From NCBI GenBank assembly GCA_049612225.1, contig JBMZBJ010000001.1:310885-374884 (forward strand): a DNA stretch of 64,000 bases. Direction: 5' to 3'. The notes below the pieces were generated by a model. It was not told where the DNA came from, ran no database searches, and worked only from the letters and a program-made list of their open reading frames with translations. Numbering within the stretch: position 1 is the first letter of the stretch; each line of letters opens with the position of its first letter. Shown piece after piece: positions 51,704 through 63,493 of this stretch. This DNA comes from Porticoccaceae bacterium (GTDB lineage Bacteria; Pseudomonadota; Gammaproteobacteria; Pseudomonadales; Porticoccaceae). The position numbers and the translations under genes are program-made.

Positions 51704-52912
51704 CTAGGTTCTGTACTCGGCGTTGATCCGCACATAGTCGTAGCTGAGGTCAGTGGTCCAGATCTTGTCACTCACCGCTCCACGGTTGAGCTGCACCCTG
51801 ATCTGAATATCTTCCGGTTGCATCGCCTGTTGGCCCAAGGCTTCCGTATAGCTGGCGGCACGACCCCCACCCTCGACAATTAATACTGCGTTGAGGCTGA
51901 TTAGAACGCGATCAATTTCAAGATCCTCGAGGCCGGCGCGACCCAGGGCGGCGAGAATTCTGCCCCAGTTGGGATCTGAGGCGGTCAGCGCCGTTTTAAC
52001 CAGAGGTGATTCGGCGATGGTATAGGCGACCTTGAGCGCTTCTTCTGTATCCCTGGCACCCTCTACCAACACTTCGACAAATTTATTGGCCCCTTCACCG
52101 TCACGGATAATGCCTTGGGCCAATTGGATAAACAGCTCTGTCAGCTCGTCAACAAACAATTCAAAGGTGAGTTCGTCGATCTCTACACCGCTGGTGCCCG
52201 TGGCAATTAACATTACCGCATCATTGGTGGAGGTATCGCCATCCACAGTGATGCGATTGAAAGATTTTTGGTTGGCCAATCTGAGTGCGCGGTGCAATAG
52301 CTCTTCGTCCACCGCGGCATCGGTTGCAACAAATCCCAGCATAGTGGCCATATTGGGCTTGATCATACCGGATCCCTTGGCAATTCCGCTGATCACTATC
52401 TCGCCGTCACCTATTGCACATCGGCGACTGGCGCCCTTGGGTCTGGTATCAGTGGTCAAGATTCCCTCTGCAGCTGCGGCCCAGCCCTGTTCAGAGAGCT
52501 CACTGACCGCACTGGGGATAGCTGGCAGCAGTCTGTCCACAGGTAGCGGCTCACCAATTACGCCAGTGGAAAAGGGCAGTACCTGTTGGCACTCCACCCC
52601 TGTGGCAGTGGCTACGGCTCGACAACAATCCAGTGCATCGGCCTCACCCTGAGATCCGGTTCCGGCGTTGGCATTGCCGGTGTTGATCAACAGATAGCGT
52701 GGCGTCTGGGTCTGCAAGTGACGCTTGGCAATCTGAACCGGCGCAGCGCAGAAGCGATTTTGGGTAAAAACCCCAGCCACTGAACTACCCGACGGAATCT
52801 CCATCAGCACAAGGTCTTTGCGCCCGGGCGTTTTGATCCCGGCACTGACGGTTCCCAGCTGAAAGCCGGATACCGGGTGCATGTCGGGAAAATTGTCGTT
52901 ACCAGTGGCCAT
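51704..52912 (-). CDS. argJ: Bifunctional glutamate N-acetyltransferase / amino-acid acetyltransferase
   Basis: 402 aa with the self-cleavage site context (PNMATMLGFVATDA). Confidence 0.93.
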   Translation of the reverse strand: MATGNDNFPDMHPVSGFQLGTVSAGIKTPGRKDLVLMEIPSGSSVAGVFTQNRFCAAPVQIAKRHLQTQTPRYLLINTGNANAGTGSQGEADALDCCRAVATATGVECQQVLPFSTGVIGEPLPVDRLLPAIPSAVSELSEQGWAAAAEGILTTDTRPKGASRRCAIGDGEIVISGIAKGSGMIKPNMATMLGFVATDAAVDEELLHRALRLANQKSFNRITVDGDTSTNDAVMLIATGTSGVEIDELTFELFVDELTELFIQLAQGIIRDGEGANKFVEVLVEGARDTEEALKVAYTIAESPLVKTALTASDPNWGRILAALGRAGLEDLEIDRVLISLNAVLIVEGGGRAASYTEALGQQAMQPEDIQIRVQLNRGAVSDKIWTTDLSYDYVRINAEYRT

Positions 52913-52914
52913 AG

Positions 52915-55722
52915 TTAGATTCTACCGCAACATTGCTTGTATTTTTTACCTGAACCACAGGGACAGGGACTATTGCGCCCCACTTTCGGTGCCGCCCGTT
53001 GCACTGGCTGGGATCGTTGCGGCTGTTGGGCTGCAGCCTGGGCATCGGATTCCTCATTGAGGCCAGCTACCTGAGAGTGTTGATATTGTCTCTGGCTCTG
53101 CTGTTGACGGCGCTGCTGTTCCAGTCGATCTAGGTCCTCGCGATTGGCAATCTGTACATGACTGAGGTACTTGATGGTCTCGTGCTTGATGTTATCCAGC
53201 AACTCCTCGAACAGGGCGAAGGATTCTCGCTTGTATTCCTGTTTGGGATTTTTCTGAGCATAGGCACGCAGACCTATGCCCTGGCGGAGTTGATCCATAT
53301 TGTAGAGGTGCTCCTTCCACAGATTATCCATCAACTGCAGCATAATCTGTCGCTCCACCTCGCGCATTTGATCACCTATATGATCGCAACGGCGCTGATA
53401 GTCGGCCTCTATGGCTTCAACCAATCTATCTCTAACACCACTATCATCCAGGCGATTATCCTCATCTAGCCATTGCCTTAGGGGTATCTGCACTGCAAAA
53501 TCTGTGGTTAAGACTTTCTCCAAGCCATCGATATCCCACTGCTCTTCGAGACTACCCGGAGGCATATAGGCGGCGACGGTTTGCTCGACGACATCGGCGC
53601 GCACATTGGCGATGATATCTGATATATCCTCATCCTCCAGCAGATCATTGCGCTGCTGATAGATAACCTGTCGCTGATCATTGGCCACATCATCGTACTC
53701 CAGCAGGTGTTTGCGAATATCAAAGTTGCGCCCCTCCACTTTGCGCTGGGCTTTGACAATCGCATTGGTCACCATGCGGTGCTCGATGGCCTCCCCGCGC
53801 TCCATACCCATGGCTCGCATCATGTTCTTGACTCGATCAGAGGCAAATAGGCGCATCAGTGGATCTTCCAGCGATAGATAAAATCTGGATACCCCGGGAT
53901 CACCCTGACGTCCGGCACGGCCACGCAGTTGGTTGTCTATGCGCCGCGATTCATGGCGTTCAGTGGCAATAATATGCAGCCCACCGGCCTCGATCACTCG
54001 GTCATGGCGCTGTTGCCAATCGGCTTTCACCGCCTCTATCTTCTGCTGGTCAGCACTGGCACTGTCGGACAGCGCCTTGAGCTCGGCTTCAAGGTTTCCG
54101 CCGAGTACTATATCGGTGCCGCGCCCAGCCATATTGGTGGCGATGGTGACTGCACCGGGGCGGCCGGCATTGACAATAATATTGGCCTCGCGCTCATGCT
54201 GCTTGGCATTGAGGACACTGTGTTCAATTTTCGCCGCTTTTAACAGGCCAGATAGCAACTCTGAAGTATCCACTGAGGCAGTGCCCACCAAAACCGGAGC
54301 ACCCTGTTCAACAACGGACTTAATATCCTCAATAACCGCCTCGTATTTTTCCTCCTGGCTGAGGTAGATAAGGTCGTTTAGGTCCTGACGCTGTACCTCG
54401 ACATTGGTGGGAATCACCATCACCTGTAACCCGTAGATCTGCTGAAACTCATAGGCTTCGGTATCCGCGGTACCAGTCATGCCGGAGAGTTTTTGATAGA
54501 GCCTAAAGTAGTTTTGAAAGGTCGTTGAGGCCAGCGTCTGACTCTCCTGCTGGATGGTCAGTTTCTCCTTCGCCTCGATGGCTTGATGCAACCCCTCGGA
54601 GAGACGGCGGCCGGGCATGGTGCGCCCAGTATGTTCGTCAACTAGGACTGCTTGACCATCCTGAATAATATATTCGACATCTCGATGAAATAGACGCTGG
54701 GCGCGCAGCGCGGTGTGCACATGGTGCAATAGACCCAGATTGGAGGCTTGATAGAGACTGTCATCTTTGTCCAGCAAACCCGCCTCAATTAACATACCTT
54801 CAACTTTGCTGTGACCCTCCTCGGTCAATTCCACACTGCGGGTTTTCTCGTCGATCACAAAATCCCCACTGGGCGCTTGTTCATCGCCATCCGCTTGGGT
54901 GTCATCGTCGATCTCAATTTCGATCTGAGGCTCAAGCTTGAGGGCGAGAGCATTGACCTTGGTGTAGAGCTCCGAACTATCCCTGGCCGCACCGGAAATA
55001 ATCAGCGGTGTTCTGGCCTCATCAATAAGAATTGAGTCGACCTCGTCGATAATGGCAAATGAGAGTCCGCGCTGAGATTTGTCCGCCAGAGACAACACCA
55101 TATTATCCCGCAGATAGTCGAAGCCAAATTCATTGTTGGTGCCGTAGGTAATATCGGCGCTATAGGCCTCGCTGCGATCACAGGCATGCAGAACAGTATC
55201 GCCTTGGCTAAGCTTGAATGAACAGGGGTTATCCGCACCCTGATAGGATTGAATCACCCCCACTGACATGCCCAGCGCGGCATACAGCGGTGCCATCCAT
55301 TCGGCATCCCGTTTGGCCAGGTAATCATTGACGGTAATAACATGCACACCCTTGCCATCCAATGCATTGAGATAGGCGGCCAGCGTGGCTACCAGGGTCT
55401 TGCCCTCACCAGTTCGCATCTCGGCAATCTTGCCCTGATGAAGGGTTATACCGCCGATGATTTGCACATCAAAATGGCGCATCCCCAAGACTCTTTTGGC
55501 GGTTTCTCGCACTGTTGCAAAGGCCTCTGGCAGCAGTTGATCCAGTGTCTCACCAGCAGCCAACCTATCGCGGTAGCGCTGAGTTTGCTCTAATAGCTGC
55601 TCATCACTAAGGGCCGCTTGCCGGGCTTCAATTGCATTGACCTGCTGCACCACTTTGCGCAGTTTGCGCAACTGACGATCATTACTGTTACCGAAGATAT
55701 TTTTAATTAATTTGCCAATCAT
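52915..55722 (-). CDS. secA: Preprotein translocase ATPase SecA
   Basis: 935 aa with MRTGEGKTL, a DEVD box, and a C-terminal zinc finger [14 protein letters not shown]. Confidence 0.98.
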   Translation of the reverse strand: MIGKLIKNIFGNSNDRQLRKLRKVVQQVNAIEARQAALSDEQLLEQTQRYRDRLAAGETLDQLLPEAFATVRETAKRVLGMRHFDVQIIGGITLHQGKIAEMRTGEGKTLVATLAAYLNALDGKGVHVITVNDYLAKRDAEWMAPLYAALGMSVGVIQSYQGADNPCSFKLSQGDTVLHACDRSEAYSADITYGTNNEFGFDYLRDNMVLSLADKSQRGLSFAIIDEVDSILIDEARTPLIISGAARDSSELYTKVNALALKLEPQIEIEIDDDTQADGDEQAPSGDFVIDEKTRSVELTEEGHSKVEGMLIEAGLLDKDDSLYQASNLGLLHHVHTALRAQRLFHRDVEYIIQDGQAVLVDEHTGRTMPGRRLSEGLHQAIEAKEKLTIQQESQTLASTTFQNYFRLYQKLSGMTGTADTEAYEFQQIYGLQVMVIPTNVEVQRQDLNDLIYLSQEEKYEAVIEDIKSVVEQGAPVLVGTASVDTSELLSGLLKAAKIEHSVLNAKQHEREANIIVNAGRPGAVTIATNMAGRGTDIVLGGNLEAELKALSDSASADQQKIEAVKADWQQRHDRVIEAGGLHIIATERHESRRIDNQLRGRAGRQGDPGVSRFYLSLEDPLMRLFASDRVKNMMRAMGMERGEAIEHRMVTNAIVKAQRKVEGRNFDIRKHLLEYDDVANDQRQVIYQQRNDLLEDEDISDIIANVRADVVEQTVAAYMPPGSLEEQWDIDGLEKVLTTDFAVQIPLRQWLDEDNRLDDSGVRDRLVEAIEADYQRRCDHIGDQMREVERQIMLQLMDNLWKEHLYNMDQLRQGIGLRAYAQKNPKQEYKRESFALFEELLDNIKHETIKYLSHVQIANREDLDRLEQQRRQQQSQRQYQHSQVAGLNEESDAQAAAQQPQRSQPVQRAAPKVGRNSPCPCGSGKKYKQCCGRI

Positions 55723-55796
55723 TGATCATTTTCCACATAAAAAACTGAGATTTTCCGGGGAGACCAGCTGTCAGCGGTCTCAGATGCTTGGATTTC

Positions 55797-56738
55797 TCAG
55801 GGACTGGTGCGGCGAATATAGGTTGCAGGATCAACTGCTCGGCCATTTTTGTAGACTTCAAAGTGCACATGGGGCCCAGTAGATCGACCTGAGGTACCCA
55901 TTTTGGCGATAACTTGACCCTTCTTGACCACCGAACCAAGCTCGGCAATATTTTCATTATTATGGGCATAGCGAGTGACAAACCCATCGCTGTGATTAAT
56001 TTCAACCATCAACCCGTAGCCACTTCTCTCTCCCGACCAGGTGACGACTCCAGAGCCCACAGCAATAATATCCGAGCCGTGCCTGCCGGCAAAATCGATC
56101 CCGGCATGCCACCTTTGATCACCGTGAAAAGGATCTGTTCGCATACCATAGGACGAGGACATCCAACCCTTGGTGACTGGGCGGCCAGTCAGCTTGCGTT
56201 GATTGCTGAGTTCTTTATCAGCCAACATCGACTGCAGAAGATGCAATTGTGATTCACGATGGGTAAGGGCATTTTGCAGGTTGGAAAACAGCGTAGATAA
56301 ATTGGCCTGGATATCCACAGGCTTTTGATTACCTGCCAAGCTGTAGTGCTCTGGCCCACCGAGTCCCGGGGGTGATGAGAAGTCGAATTCACCATCTTCA
56401 ATCTCGGCGATCTGCGTTAGCTGCTCGCCGAGGGCGTCTAGGCGCAGCATGCGGGCCCTCATCTGTGCCAACTTAGCGGCCAGTGTGGCCAGCGAATTAT
56501 CAGCCTGCTGACGGCCATTATCTAATTGCTGCTGTTGCACCACCAATTGTTGCTGCATCTCTGCAATACTGTCATCAAACAATAACTGCCAGCGACCGTC
56601 GGCAATTTTGATACCCATCAAAGTACCCAAAGCAACCGGTATACCCAGCAACAGCACCGACAATAGGGTGCGCAGCCGACCGTTTAGGTCGATTGTCCTA
56701 ATCTTGTCGCTGCGTTTACTGATAAGGATTATTTTCAA
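55797..56738 (-). CDS. M23 family metallopeptidase (LytM-domain, coiled-coil N-terminus)
   Basis: HAGIDFAG...GYGLMVEINHSDGFVTRYAHN...GRSTGPHVHFEV. Confidence 0.88.
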   Translation of the reverse strand: MKIILISKRSDKIRTIDLNGRLRTLLSVLLLGIPVALGTLMGIKIADGRWQLLFDDSIAEMQQQLVVQQQQLDNGRQQADNSLATLAAKLAQMRARMLRLDALGEQLTQIAEIEDGEFDFSSPPGLGGPEHYSLAGNQKPVDIQANLSTLFSNLQNALTHRESQLHLLQSMLADKELSNQRKLTGRPVTKGWMSSSYGMRTDPFHGDQRWHAGIDFAGRHGSDIIAVGSGVVTWSGERSGYGLMVEINHSDGFVTRYAHNNENIAELGSVVKKGQVIAKMGTSGRSTGPHVHFEVYKNGRAVDPATYIRRTSP

Positions 56739-56785
56739 AGGTGGCGCTCGGCTTTTACGGTTGGTAGCTTTTAAATTAATGCCTA

Positions 56786-57682
56786 TTAGGCATAGAGTAT
56801 AGGCACATCTTCCGGATTTTCGATAAACGAAACCATCTCCCAGGCATCTGGATCCTTAATAAGGGCCAACAGGGAGGCATTATTCAAGGCGTGGCCAGAC
56901 TTATAGGCATCAAATTCACCGATCAAACTATTGCCCAACAGATAGAGGTCGCCGATAGCGTCCAGTATCTTGTGTTTGACAAACTCGTCCTTGAAGCGCA
57001 GACCATCCTCGTTGACGATCGCATTGTCGTCTACCACAATCGCGTTGTTCAAACTGCCTCCCCTGGCTAATCCCTTTGAACGAAGATATTCAAATTCATG
57101 CATAAAACCAAACGTCCGCGCTCTACTGACCTCTTTGACAAATGAAGTACTGGAGAAGTCGATGCTGGCATCCAATACTTCACGATGAAACGCGGGATGA
57201 TCAAACTCAATAGCGAAGTTGACTTTGAAACCCTCAAAAGGTCTAAAGGTGGCATGCTTGCCATCCTGCTCGACGGTCACTTCGCGCTTGATACGGATAA
57301 ACTTTTTCGGCGCGTCTTGCTCCTGAATACCGGCGGACTGAAGTAAGAAGATAAACGGCGCGGCGCTGCCATCCATAATTGGAATTTCAGGCGCGGACAC
57401 ATCGATAACTATATTGTCTATACCCAGACCTGCCAGCGCTGAAAGTAGATGCTCGACGGTGGAAACTCGCACATCACCGATCATCAGGGTGGTGGATAGT
57501 GTAGTGTCACCCACATTCTCGGCGCGGGCGGGTATTTCTACTACGGGATCCAGATCGACTCGGCGAAATAGAATACCTGTATCAGGCTCGGCCGGATGGA
57601 GCGTCAGATAGATTTTATCTCCGGTGTGCAGACCTACGCCAGTGGCGTGGATTGAATTCCTCAATGTGCGTTGCTTTATCAT
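56786..57682 (-). CDS. lpxC: UDP-3-O-acyl-N-acetylglucosamine deacetylase
   Basis: 298 aa, MIKQRTL...ATGVGLHTG..., in the conserved position after ftsZ. Confidence 0.95.
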   Translation of the reverse strand: MIKQRTLRNSIHATGVGLHTGDKIYLTLHPAEPDTGILFRRVDLDPVVEIPARAENVGDTTLSTTLMIGDVRVSTVEHLLSALAGLGIDNIVIDVSAPEIPIMDGSAAPFIFLLQSAGIQEQDAPKKFIRIKREVTVEQDGKHATFRPFEGFKVNFAIEFDHPAFHREVLDASIDFSSTSFVKEVSRARTFGFMHEFEYLRSKGLARGGSLNNAIVVDDNAIVNEDGLRFKDEFVKHKILDAIGDLYLLGNSLIGEFDAYKSGHALNNASLLALIKDPDAWEMVSFIENPEDVPILYA

Positions 57683-57732
57683 CTAGCCGAATATTTCCAT
57701 TAGCCTGCAAGTTCGGCGATTCTACCAGACAA

Positions 57733-57779
57733 GCCTCCCACCACCAAGATTTTAAATCTGAGGCGCGGCGGTGGGAGGC
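57733..57779 (-). other. Structured ftsZ-lpxC intergenic element (10-bp stem with a nested 6-bp palindrome)
   Basis: GCCTCCCACC (57733-57742) pairs with GGTGGGAGGC (57770-79). The loop contains AGATTT-ta-AAATCT. Confidence 0.4.
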
Positions 57780-57789
57780 AGAGGGTCAG

Positions 57790-58968
57790 TTAGTCTGCTT
57801 GCTTGCGTAAAAATGCCGGAACATCTAAATAGTCGCCCTCAGCTTCGGTACAGGCCTGCATATCTCGAGCAGTTGAGCCGCCCACAGCAGAGGATCCGGT
57901 ACTGCGCCGATTAATGGTCGGCTGATCTAAGCGACCGTAATCGAGGTCACCTCCGGCTTTGCGCGGTGGTTGATTGTCCACCACTAGGCCGCGTGGCCCG
58001 CTCTGCACGGAGGTCGAACGCAGCCCGGTTGCCACTACGGTCACCCGCATCTGATCATCGAGATTGGCATCGAAAACGCTTCCGACAATAATCGTAGCAT
58101 CTTCGTCAGCAAATTCTCGAACCGTGTTACCCACATCTTCAAACTCACCCAGGGTCAGGTCGTAACCGGTGGTAATATTCACCAGAATTCCCTTGGCACC
58201 CTGCAGGTTGATATCCTCTAACAGCGGGCATTTGACTGCACTCTCGGCCGCAACTACTGCCCGGTCGGCGCCACTGGCCTCGCCGGTACCCATCATTGCC
58301 ATACCCATCTCTGCCATCACTGTGCGCACATCGGCAAAGTCGACATTGATCAGACCATCGAGAAGAATCAGGTCAGTAATTCCCTGCACTGCCCCATAGA
58401 GTATATCGTTGGCCTCTTTGAAGGCATTGAGCACCGCAAAGTCTCTACCCAGCACCTGGAGTAATTTCTCATTGGGTACGATAATCAAAGAATCCACGCG
58501 CTCTTTTAGCTGAGCAATGCCCTCGCTGGCAATCTCCATACGCTTGCGACCCTCAAAAGAGAAGGGTCTAGTGACTACACCCACTGTCAGTATGCCCATC
58601 TGCTTGGCTACTTCAGCGATCACTGGCGCTCCGCCAGTACCGGTGCCACCACCCATACCGGCAGTGATAAACACCATATCGGCACCTTCTAGCACCTGGG
58701 CTATGCGATCCTTATCCTCTAGCGCCGCCTCGCGTCCCACCTCCGGATTGGCGCCAGCACCCAGACCTTTGGTGAGGCTTTCGCCCAGCTGCAGTATCGT
58801 CGCACTGCCAAGATCATTGAGTGACTGGGCATCGGTGTTAGCACAGATAAAGTGCACACCGTCTATATTGCTGGCGATCATATGACGCACGGCGTTACAG
58901 CCGCCACCGCCAACTCCCACTACTTTTATTTCTGCATTCTTCGGAATGCTATCAACTAGTTCAAACAT
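57790..58968 (-). CDS. ftsZ: Cell division GTPase FtsZ
   Basis: Start trimmed to MFELVDS. It has the GGGTGTG tubulin signature. Confidence 0.97.
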   Translation of the reverse strand: MFELVDSIPKNAEIKVVGVGGGGCNAVRHMIASNIDGVHFICANTDAQSLNDLGSATILQLGESLTKGLGAGANPEVGREAALEDKDRIAQVLEGADMVFITAGMGGGTGTGGAPVIAEVAKQMGILTVGVVTRPFSFEGRKRMEIASEGIAQLKERVDSLIIVPNEKLLQVLGRDFAVLNAFKEANDILYGAVQGITDLILLDGLINVDFADVRTVMAEMGMAMMGTGEASGADRAVVAAESAVKCPLLEDINLQGAKGILVNITTGYDLTLGEFEDVGNTVREFADEDATIIVGSVFDANLDDQMRVTVVATGLRSTSVQSGPRGLVVDNQPPRKAGGDLDYGRLDQPTINRRSTGSSAVGGSTARDMQACTEAEGDYLDVPAFLRKQAD

Positions 58969-59026
58969 AACTTTCCCCTTATGTTGCGCCTCAAAATTTG
59001 GTGCACAAAACACAGTGTTTTGCGCG

Positions 59027-60262
59027 TTAAACTCCACCTTGGAAATAATCTTTGATTTTTTCCAACATACCTTTGCCATCCTGGCCACTGGCTCCGCCAC
59101 GTCCGTTCTTTACCTGCTCCTGTACACCGAAGTGCAATAGTCCAACCCCGGTTGAATAGATGGGATTGTCAACAATATCTGATAGGCCTTTGACCCCAGT
59201 GGGGGTGCCGATCCTGACCGGCATATGGAAGATCTCCTCAGCCAATTCTGAAACACCCTCCATCTTTGCAGTGCCGCCCGTGAGCACGATGCCCGCGGCA
59301 ATTAGCTCCTCGAAACCGCTGCGTCTGAGTTCCGCCTGTACCAGCGTGAACAGCTCGTCATATCTGGGTTCCACTACCTCGGCCAGCAGTTGGCGCGACA
59401 TCTCTCTGGGCTCGCGGTCACCGACACTGGGCACCTTGATAGTCTCCTCGGGCCGCGCCAGCTTGGCCAGCGCACAGGCGTATTTGATTTTCAACTCTTC
59501 GGCATGGGCAGTTGGCGTTCGCAGGGCCATGGCAATATCGTTGGTCACCTGATCGCCAGCTATAGGAATAACACCAGTGTGGCGAATAGCGCCCTCGGTA
59601 AATATGGCAATATCGGTGGTGCCGCCACCTATATCCACAAGGGCCACACCCAATTGCTTTTCGTCGTCAGTGAGCACAGCATAGCTCGATGCCAGTTGTT
59701 CTAGCGCCACATTGTCGACCTCTAGCCCACAGTGACGAATACATTTCTTAATATTTTGCGAGGCATTGGCGGCACAGGTCACCAGATGTACCTTTGCCTC
59801 CAAGCGCACTCCCGACATACCGATTGGCTCATGCACCCCCTCCTGATCATCAATAATGTATTCCTGAGGTAATACATGGAGGATTTCCTGATCCGCGGGA
59901 ATGGCCACAGCCCTGGCGGCATCGATCACCCTATCTACATCCAGTGCCTGAACTTCGCGGTCGCGAATTGCCACGATCCCATGGGAGTTGAGACTGCGAA
60001 TATGACTTCCAGCGATTCCGGCATAGACGGAGTGAATAGAGCATCCAGACATCAACTCGGCCTCTTCGATGGCGCGCTGAATGGAATTGACAGTAGCCTC
60101 GATATTCACTACTACGCCCTTTTTTAATCCCGAGGACGGGTGCATCCCGGTGCCGATTATTTCCAGCTCGCCATCGGCGCCTATGGCACCCACAATGGCC
60201 ACTATTTTTGAAGTACCTATATCCAGTGCTACGATCATGTTTTCTTCATTGGTATTTGCCAT
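59027..60262 (-). CDS. ftsA: Cell division protein FtsA
   Basis: Start trimmed to MANTNEENMIVALDIGTSKI, which has a GAGG ribosome-binding site. Actin-like ATPase. Confidence 0.95.
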   Translation of the reverse strand: MANTNEENMIVALDIGTSKIVAIVGAIGADGELEIIGTGMHPSSGLKKGVVVNIEATVNSIQRAIEEAELMSGCSIHSVYAGIAGSHIRSLNSHGIVAIRDREVQALDVDRVIDAARAVAIPADQEILHVLPQEYIIDDQEGVHEPIGMSGVRLEAKVHLVTCAANASQNIKKCIRHCGLEVDNVALEQLASSYAVLTDDEKQLGVALVDIGGGTTDIAIFTEGAIRHTGVIPIAGDQVTNDIAMALRTPTAHAEELKIKYACALAKLARPEETIKVPSVGDREPREMSRQLLAEVVEPRYDELFTLVQAELRRSGFEELIAAGIVLTGGTAKMEGVSELAEEIFHMPVRIGTPTGVKGLSDIVDNPIYSTGVGLLHFGVQEQVKNGRGGASGQDGKGMLEKIKDYFQGGV

Positions 60263-60285
60263 ATTGATTCCTCTCAAGTCCGCTA

Positions 60286-61089
60286 TTATCCGTGGACATC
60301 TATTACTTCATCTGTGCTGTAGTTTAGGTTTGCGCCCAGCGCATTGTTGCGCCAAGCGACGGCCAGTCCATTGGGGTAGCGCAGATCTATGGTTTGAATA
60401 CTGTCCGACTGGACACTGAGTCCCGACTGCCAAACCTTGACTAAACGCCTGATTTTTTCTCCCACCTGGTCGCGACCAATGTTTAAACGAATTCCCTTGA
60501 AAGTCTCAGCCTGCCAGGCACCCAAACTGTCGAGCTGTAACTCCGATAGTTTCAATCCTGTTGGCAGTAGCAATTTTGAAAGTCGCTGATACTGCTCCAT
60601 AACTTGTGTGGAATCGCCAAACTGTGCAGTCAGTAGCGGCAGATTTTGCAGCTTGCTGTTGTCGGCAATATTCAACGGCTGTCCCAACCGGTTGAGAAAG
60701 GAATCATCTCGCCAGCGGGCAATGGGCACTTCTTCAGACACATTGATATCTAACTGGGATGGCCACTGCCGGCGAACACTGACATCACTGACCCACGGAT
60801 GCTGCTGCAGTACTACTTTGAGGTTTTTCAAATCCACGGATAAAAATCCCCCACTGATTGCCTGATTGACCAGGACTCTGAGGTCGCCGTGATCGAGGTT
60901 TTTGAAATCGCCGCTAATGGTGACCCTAGTCAGTGGTCGATCCACAGCTTGCACTGTGAAATACACGCCATAGGCAAGCAGACAGATCAACAACACCATC
61001 AACAGTCGACTAAAATGCTCCACAAGTCCTGTGCCAGTGGCTCTGGCCTCTGCTGTTGAGCTGCTTTGACGTCGATTTGAATAAGCCAT
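60286..61089 (-). CDS. ftsQ: Cell division protein FtsQ
   Basis: 267 aa with a single TM segment and a POTRA-like region. It sits between ddl and ftsA. Confidence 0.88.
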   Translation of the reverse strand: MAYSNRRQSSSTAEARATGTGLVEHFSRLLMVLLICLLAYGVYFTVQAVDRPLTRVTISGDFKNLDHGDLRVLVNQAISGGFLSVDLKNLKVVLQQHPWVSDVSVRRQWPSQLDINVSEEVPIARWRDDSFLNRLGQPLNIADNSKLQNLPLLTAQFGDSTQVMEQYQRLSKLLLPTGLKLSELQLDSLGAWQAETFKGIRLNIGRDQVGEKIRRLVKVWQSGLSVQSDSIQTIDLRYPNGLAVAWRNNALGANLNYSTDEVIDVHG

Positions 61090-62006
61090 TACAGTGACTC
61101 CTCAAGGATAGCTTGCACCAGGTGGTCAAAGGAAATACCCTCGGCGCGAGCCGCCATAGGTACCAAACTGTGACTGGTCATACCGGGCACTGTATTCACT
61201 TCTAAAATCTGGAAGTCACCTCGGCTATCGGTCATCACATCAACCCGACCCCAACCCCGGCAGTCCAAGCTGCGAAATGCACTGATAGCCAACTCTGCCA
61301 ATTCTCCTTCCCGCCGATCACTCAAACCCGAGGGGCAGAAGTACTGGGTTTTATCTGAGAAGTATTTGGCCTGATAGTCATAAAAGGTGCTTGCAGCCTC
61401 TATGCGTATTGAAGGCAGTGGGCGTTCACCCAGCACCGCCACGGTATATTCCTCACCTTCCAGTTTGGACTCCGCCAGCACCCCGCCATCAAATTGCGAT
61501 GCTAGCTGCCAGGCCTGATGTAACTGTTCAGCTGATTGGGCAATACTCATACCCATACTGGACCCTTCGGTAGCAGGTTTGACCACCGCACTGCCACCCA
61601 GCGCTTCAAGCACCCCATGCCAATCCGAATTTTCTTGCAATACAGCAAAGTCAGCGGTGGGCAGACCCATTCCCCGCCACAGCTGTTTGCAGCGCAATTT
61701 ATCCATCGCCAGTGCCGATGCCATCACGCCACTACCGGTGTAGGGAATACCCAGATATTGCAGCGCGCCCTGCACTGTACCGTCCTCGCCACCCGGCCCG
61801 TGAAGAGCGATAAACGCTCGCTCGATACGGTGTTCAAGCAATTGCTCGATAAGATTGTCCTGCACATCAATAGCGGTCACATCAGCACCCAAATTGCGCA
61901 GTGCCGCGAGCACTTCACTACCGCTCATCAGGGAGATCTCTCGTTCGGAGGACAGACCGCCATAGAGCAGACCCAGCTTGCCAAATGCCGCCATTGACCC
62001 ACTCAT
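61089..62006 (-). CDS. ddl: D-alanine--D-alanine ligase
   Basis: 305 aa ATP-grasp protein (...[28 protein letters not shown]...). Confidence 0.94.
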   Translation of the reverse strand: MSGSMAAFGKLGLLYGGLSSEREISLMSGSEVLAALRNLGADVTAIDVQDNLIEQLLEHRIERAFIALHGPGGEDGTVQGALQYLGIPYTGSGVMASALAMDKLRCKQLWRGMGLPTADFAVLQENSDWHGVLEALGGSAVVKPATEGSSMGMSIAQSAEQLHQAWQLASQFDGGVLAESKLEGEEYTVAVLGERPLPSIRIEAASTFYDYQAKYFSDKTQYFCPSGLSDRREGELAELAISAFRSLDCRGWGRVDVMTDSRGDFQILEVNTVPGMTSHSLVPMAARAEGISFDHLVQAILEESL

Positions 62007-63493
62007 GATTGCTCTCCAATAGGCTGGAGTTGCGTTTCCCGCAACAGTGCTACTAGCTTGCTAACACTGCCCGCTCCCTGGGTGATCACCAGATCATTAC
62101 CCTGAACCAATCCCGCCAGTACTGCCGGAACCTGTTGGATATCCTCTACATAGATAGGATCGACATCGCCGCGCTGTCGCAGACTGCTACACAGATTTTT
62201 GCTGCCGGCGCCAACAATGGGTTCCTCGCCAGCGGCATAAACCTCCAGTATCAATAGCACGTCAACAGCGGAGAGAACCTGAATAAAGTCCTCGTAGAGA
62301 TCTCTAGTTCGCGTGTAGCGATGGGGTTGAAACACCATCACCAATCGCTTATCGGGCCAGCCCTCGCGAACTGCCTGAATAGTGGCTTTTAGTTCGGTGG
62401 GATGATGACCATAGTCATCCACTAACATGGCTGTGCCCTGCGTCTCACTGCCGGTTATCGGATAGCTGCCAACCAGCTCAAAGCGGCGTCCAACACCAGT
62501 GAATTTTTCCAGACCGGAGACAATCGAAGCATCGGATATGCCTTCATCGGTAGCCACCGCAATGGCGGCAGTGGCATTCAGCGCATTGTGTCGTCCGGGG
62601 ATATTTAGGGTGATTGACAGACTGGGTTTATTGTCGGGTCGATGCACGACAAAGTGACACTGTCGCTGGTCGATCCGCAGATCGCTGATACGGTAGTCAG
62701 CGCGCTCGGCAAAACCATAGGTTAAAGTGGGCCGACCAATATCCAATTGAATTTCTTCAATGACCGGATCATCGATACAGACTACCGCCAATCCATAGAA
62801 TGGCAGGTTGTGGAGAAATTCTATATAGGTGTTCTTCACCTGCTGAAAGTCAAAACCGTAGGTTTCCATATGATCGGCTTCAATATTGGTGACCACCGAT
62901 ACCATGGGTTGCAGGTGGAGAAATGATGCATCACTCTCATCGGCCTCGGCCACCAGATAGCGACTGCCACCCAGTTTGGCATTGGTGCCGACACTGTTTA
63001 CTCGACCGCCGACGACAAAAGTCGGATCGCGACCGTCCTCGGCAAAAATTGCGGTGATCAGACTGGTGGTGGTAGTTTTACCGTGGGTGCCGGCAACTGC
63101 GATGCCATGCCGGTAACGCATCAGTTCAGCCAACATCTCAGCGCGTCTAACCACTGGAATACCCAGCTCTCTGGCCGCTGCTATCTCCTCATTTTCGAGC
63201 GTCACCGCCGAGGATTTAACCACTACATCAGCGCCCTCGACATTGCTCCTACCGTGCCCCAAAAACACCTCGGCACCCGCAGCTTGAAGGCGTTTGGTGC
63301 TGGGGCTAAAACTGATATCCGAGCCGGTTATCTGATAGCCCTGATTGAGCAGCACTTCGGCAATACCACTCATACCGCTGCCACCAATACCCACAAAGTG
63401 TATTTTCTTTATGCGGCGCATACTGGGAGCTTCAAAGTCTCTACTCGCCACGGGCCACCTCCATACAGACTGTAGCCACTCGTTCGGCTGCAT
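62003..63493 (-). CDS. murC: UDP-N-acetylmuramate--L-alanine ligase
   Basis: [18 protein letters not shown] and [10 protein letters not shown]. The true start may be internal (ATG 63419-63421 or GTG 63449-63451). Confidence 0.93.
   Translation of the reverse strand: MQPNEWLQSVWRWPVASRDFEAPSMRRIKKIHFVGIGGSGMSGIAEVLLNQGYQITGSDISFSPSTKRLQAAGAEVFLGHGRSNVEGADVVVKSSAVTLENEEIAAARELGIPVVRRAEMLAELMRYRHGIAVAGTHGKTTTTSLITAIFAEDGRDPTFVVGGRVNSVGTNAKLGGSRYLVAEADESDASFLHLQPMVSVVTNIEADHMETYGFDFQQVKNTYIEFLHNLPFYGLAVVCIDDPVIEEIQLDIGRPTLTYGFAERADYRISDLRIDQRQCHFVVHRPDNKPSLSITLNIPGRHNALNATAAIAVATDEGISDASIVSGLEKFTGVGRRFELVGSYPITGSETQGTAMLVDDYGHHPTELKATIQAVREGWPDKRLVMVFQPHRYTRTRDLYEDFIQVLSAVDVLLILEVYAAGEEPIVGAGSKNLCSSLRQRGDVDPIYVEDIQQVPAVLAGLVQGNDLVITQGAGSVSKLVALLRETQLQPIGEQS

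Noticed and set aside
52032-52652. 206-aa Ser/Ala/Pro-rich ORF on the plus strand
   Set aside because: Antisense to argJ. The biased composition mirrors argJ codons, and there is no ribosome-binding site or motif.
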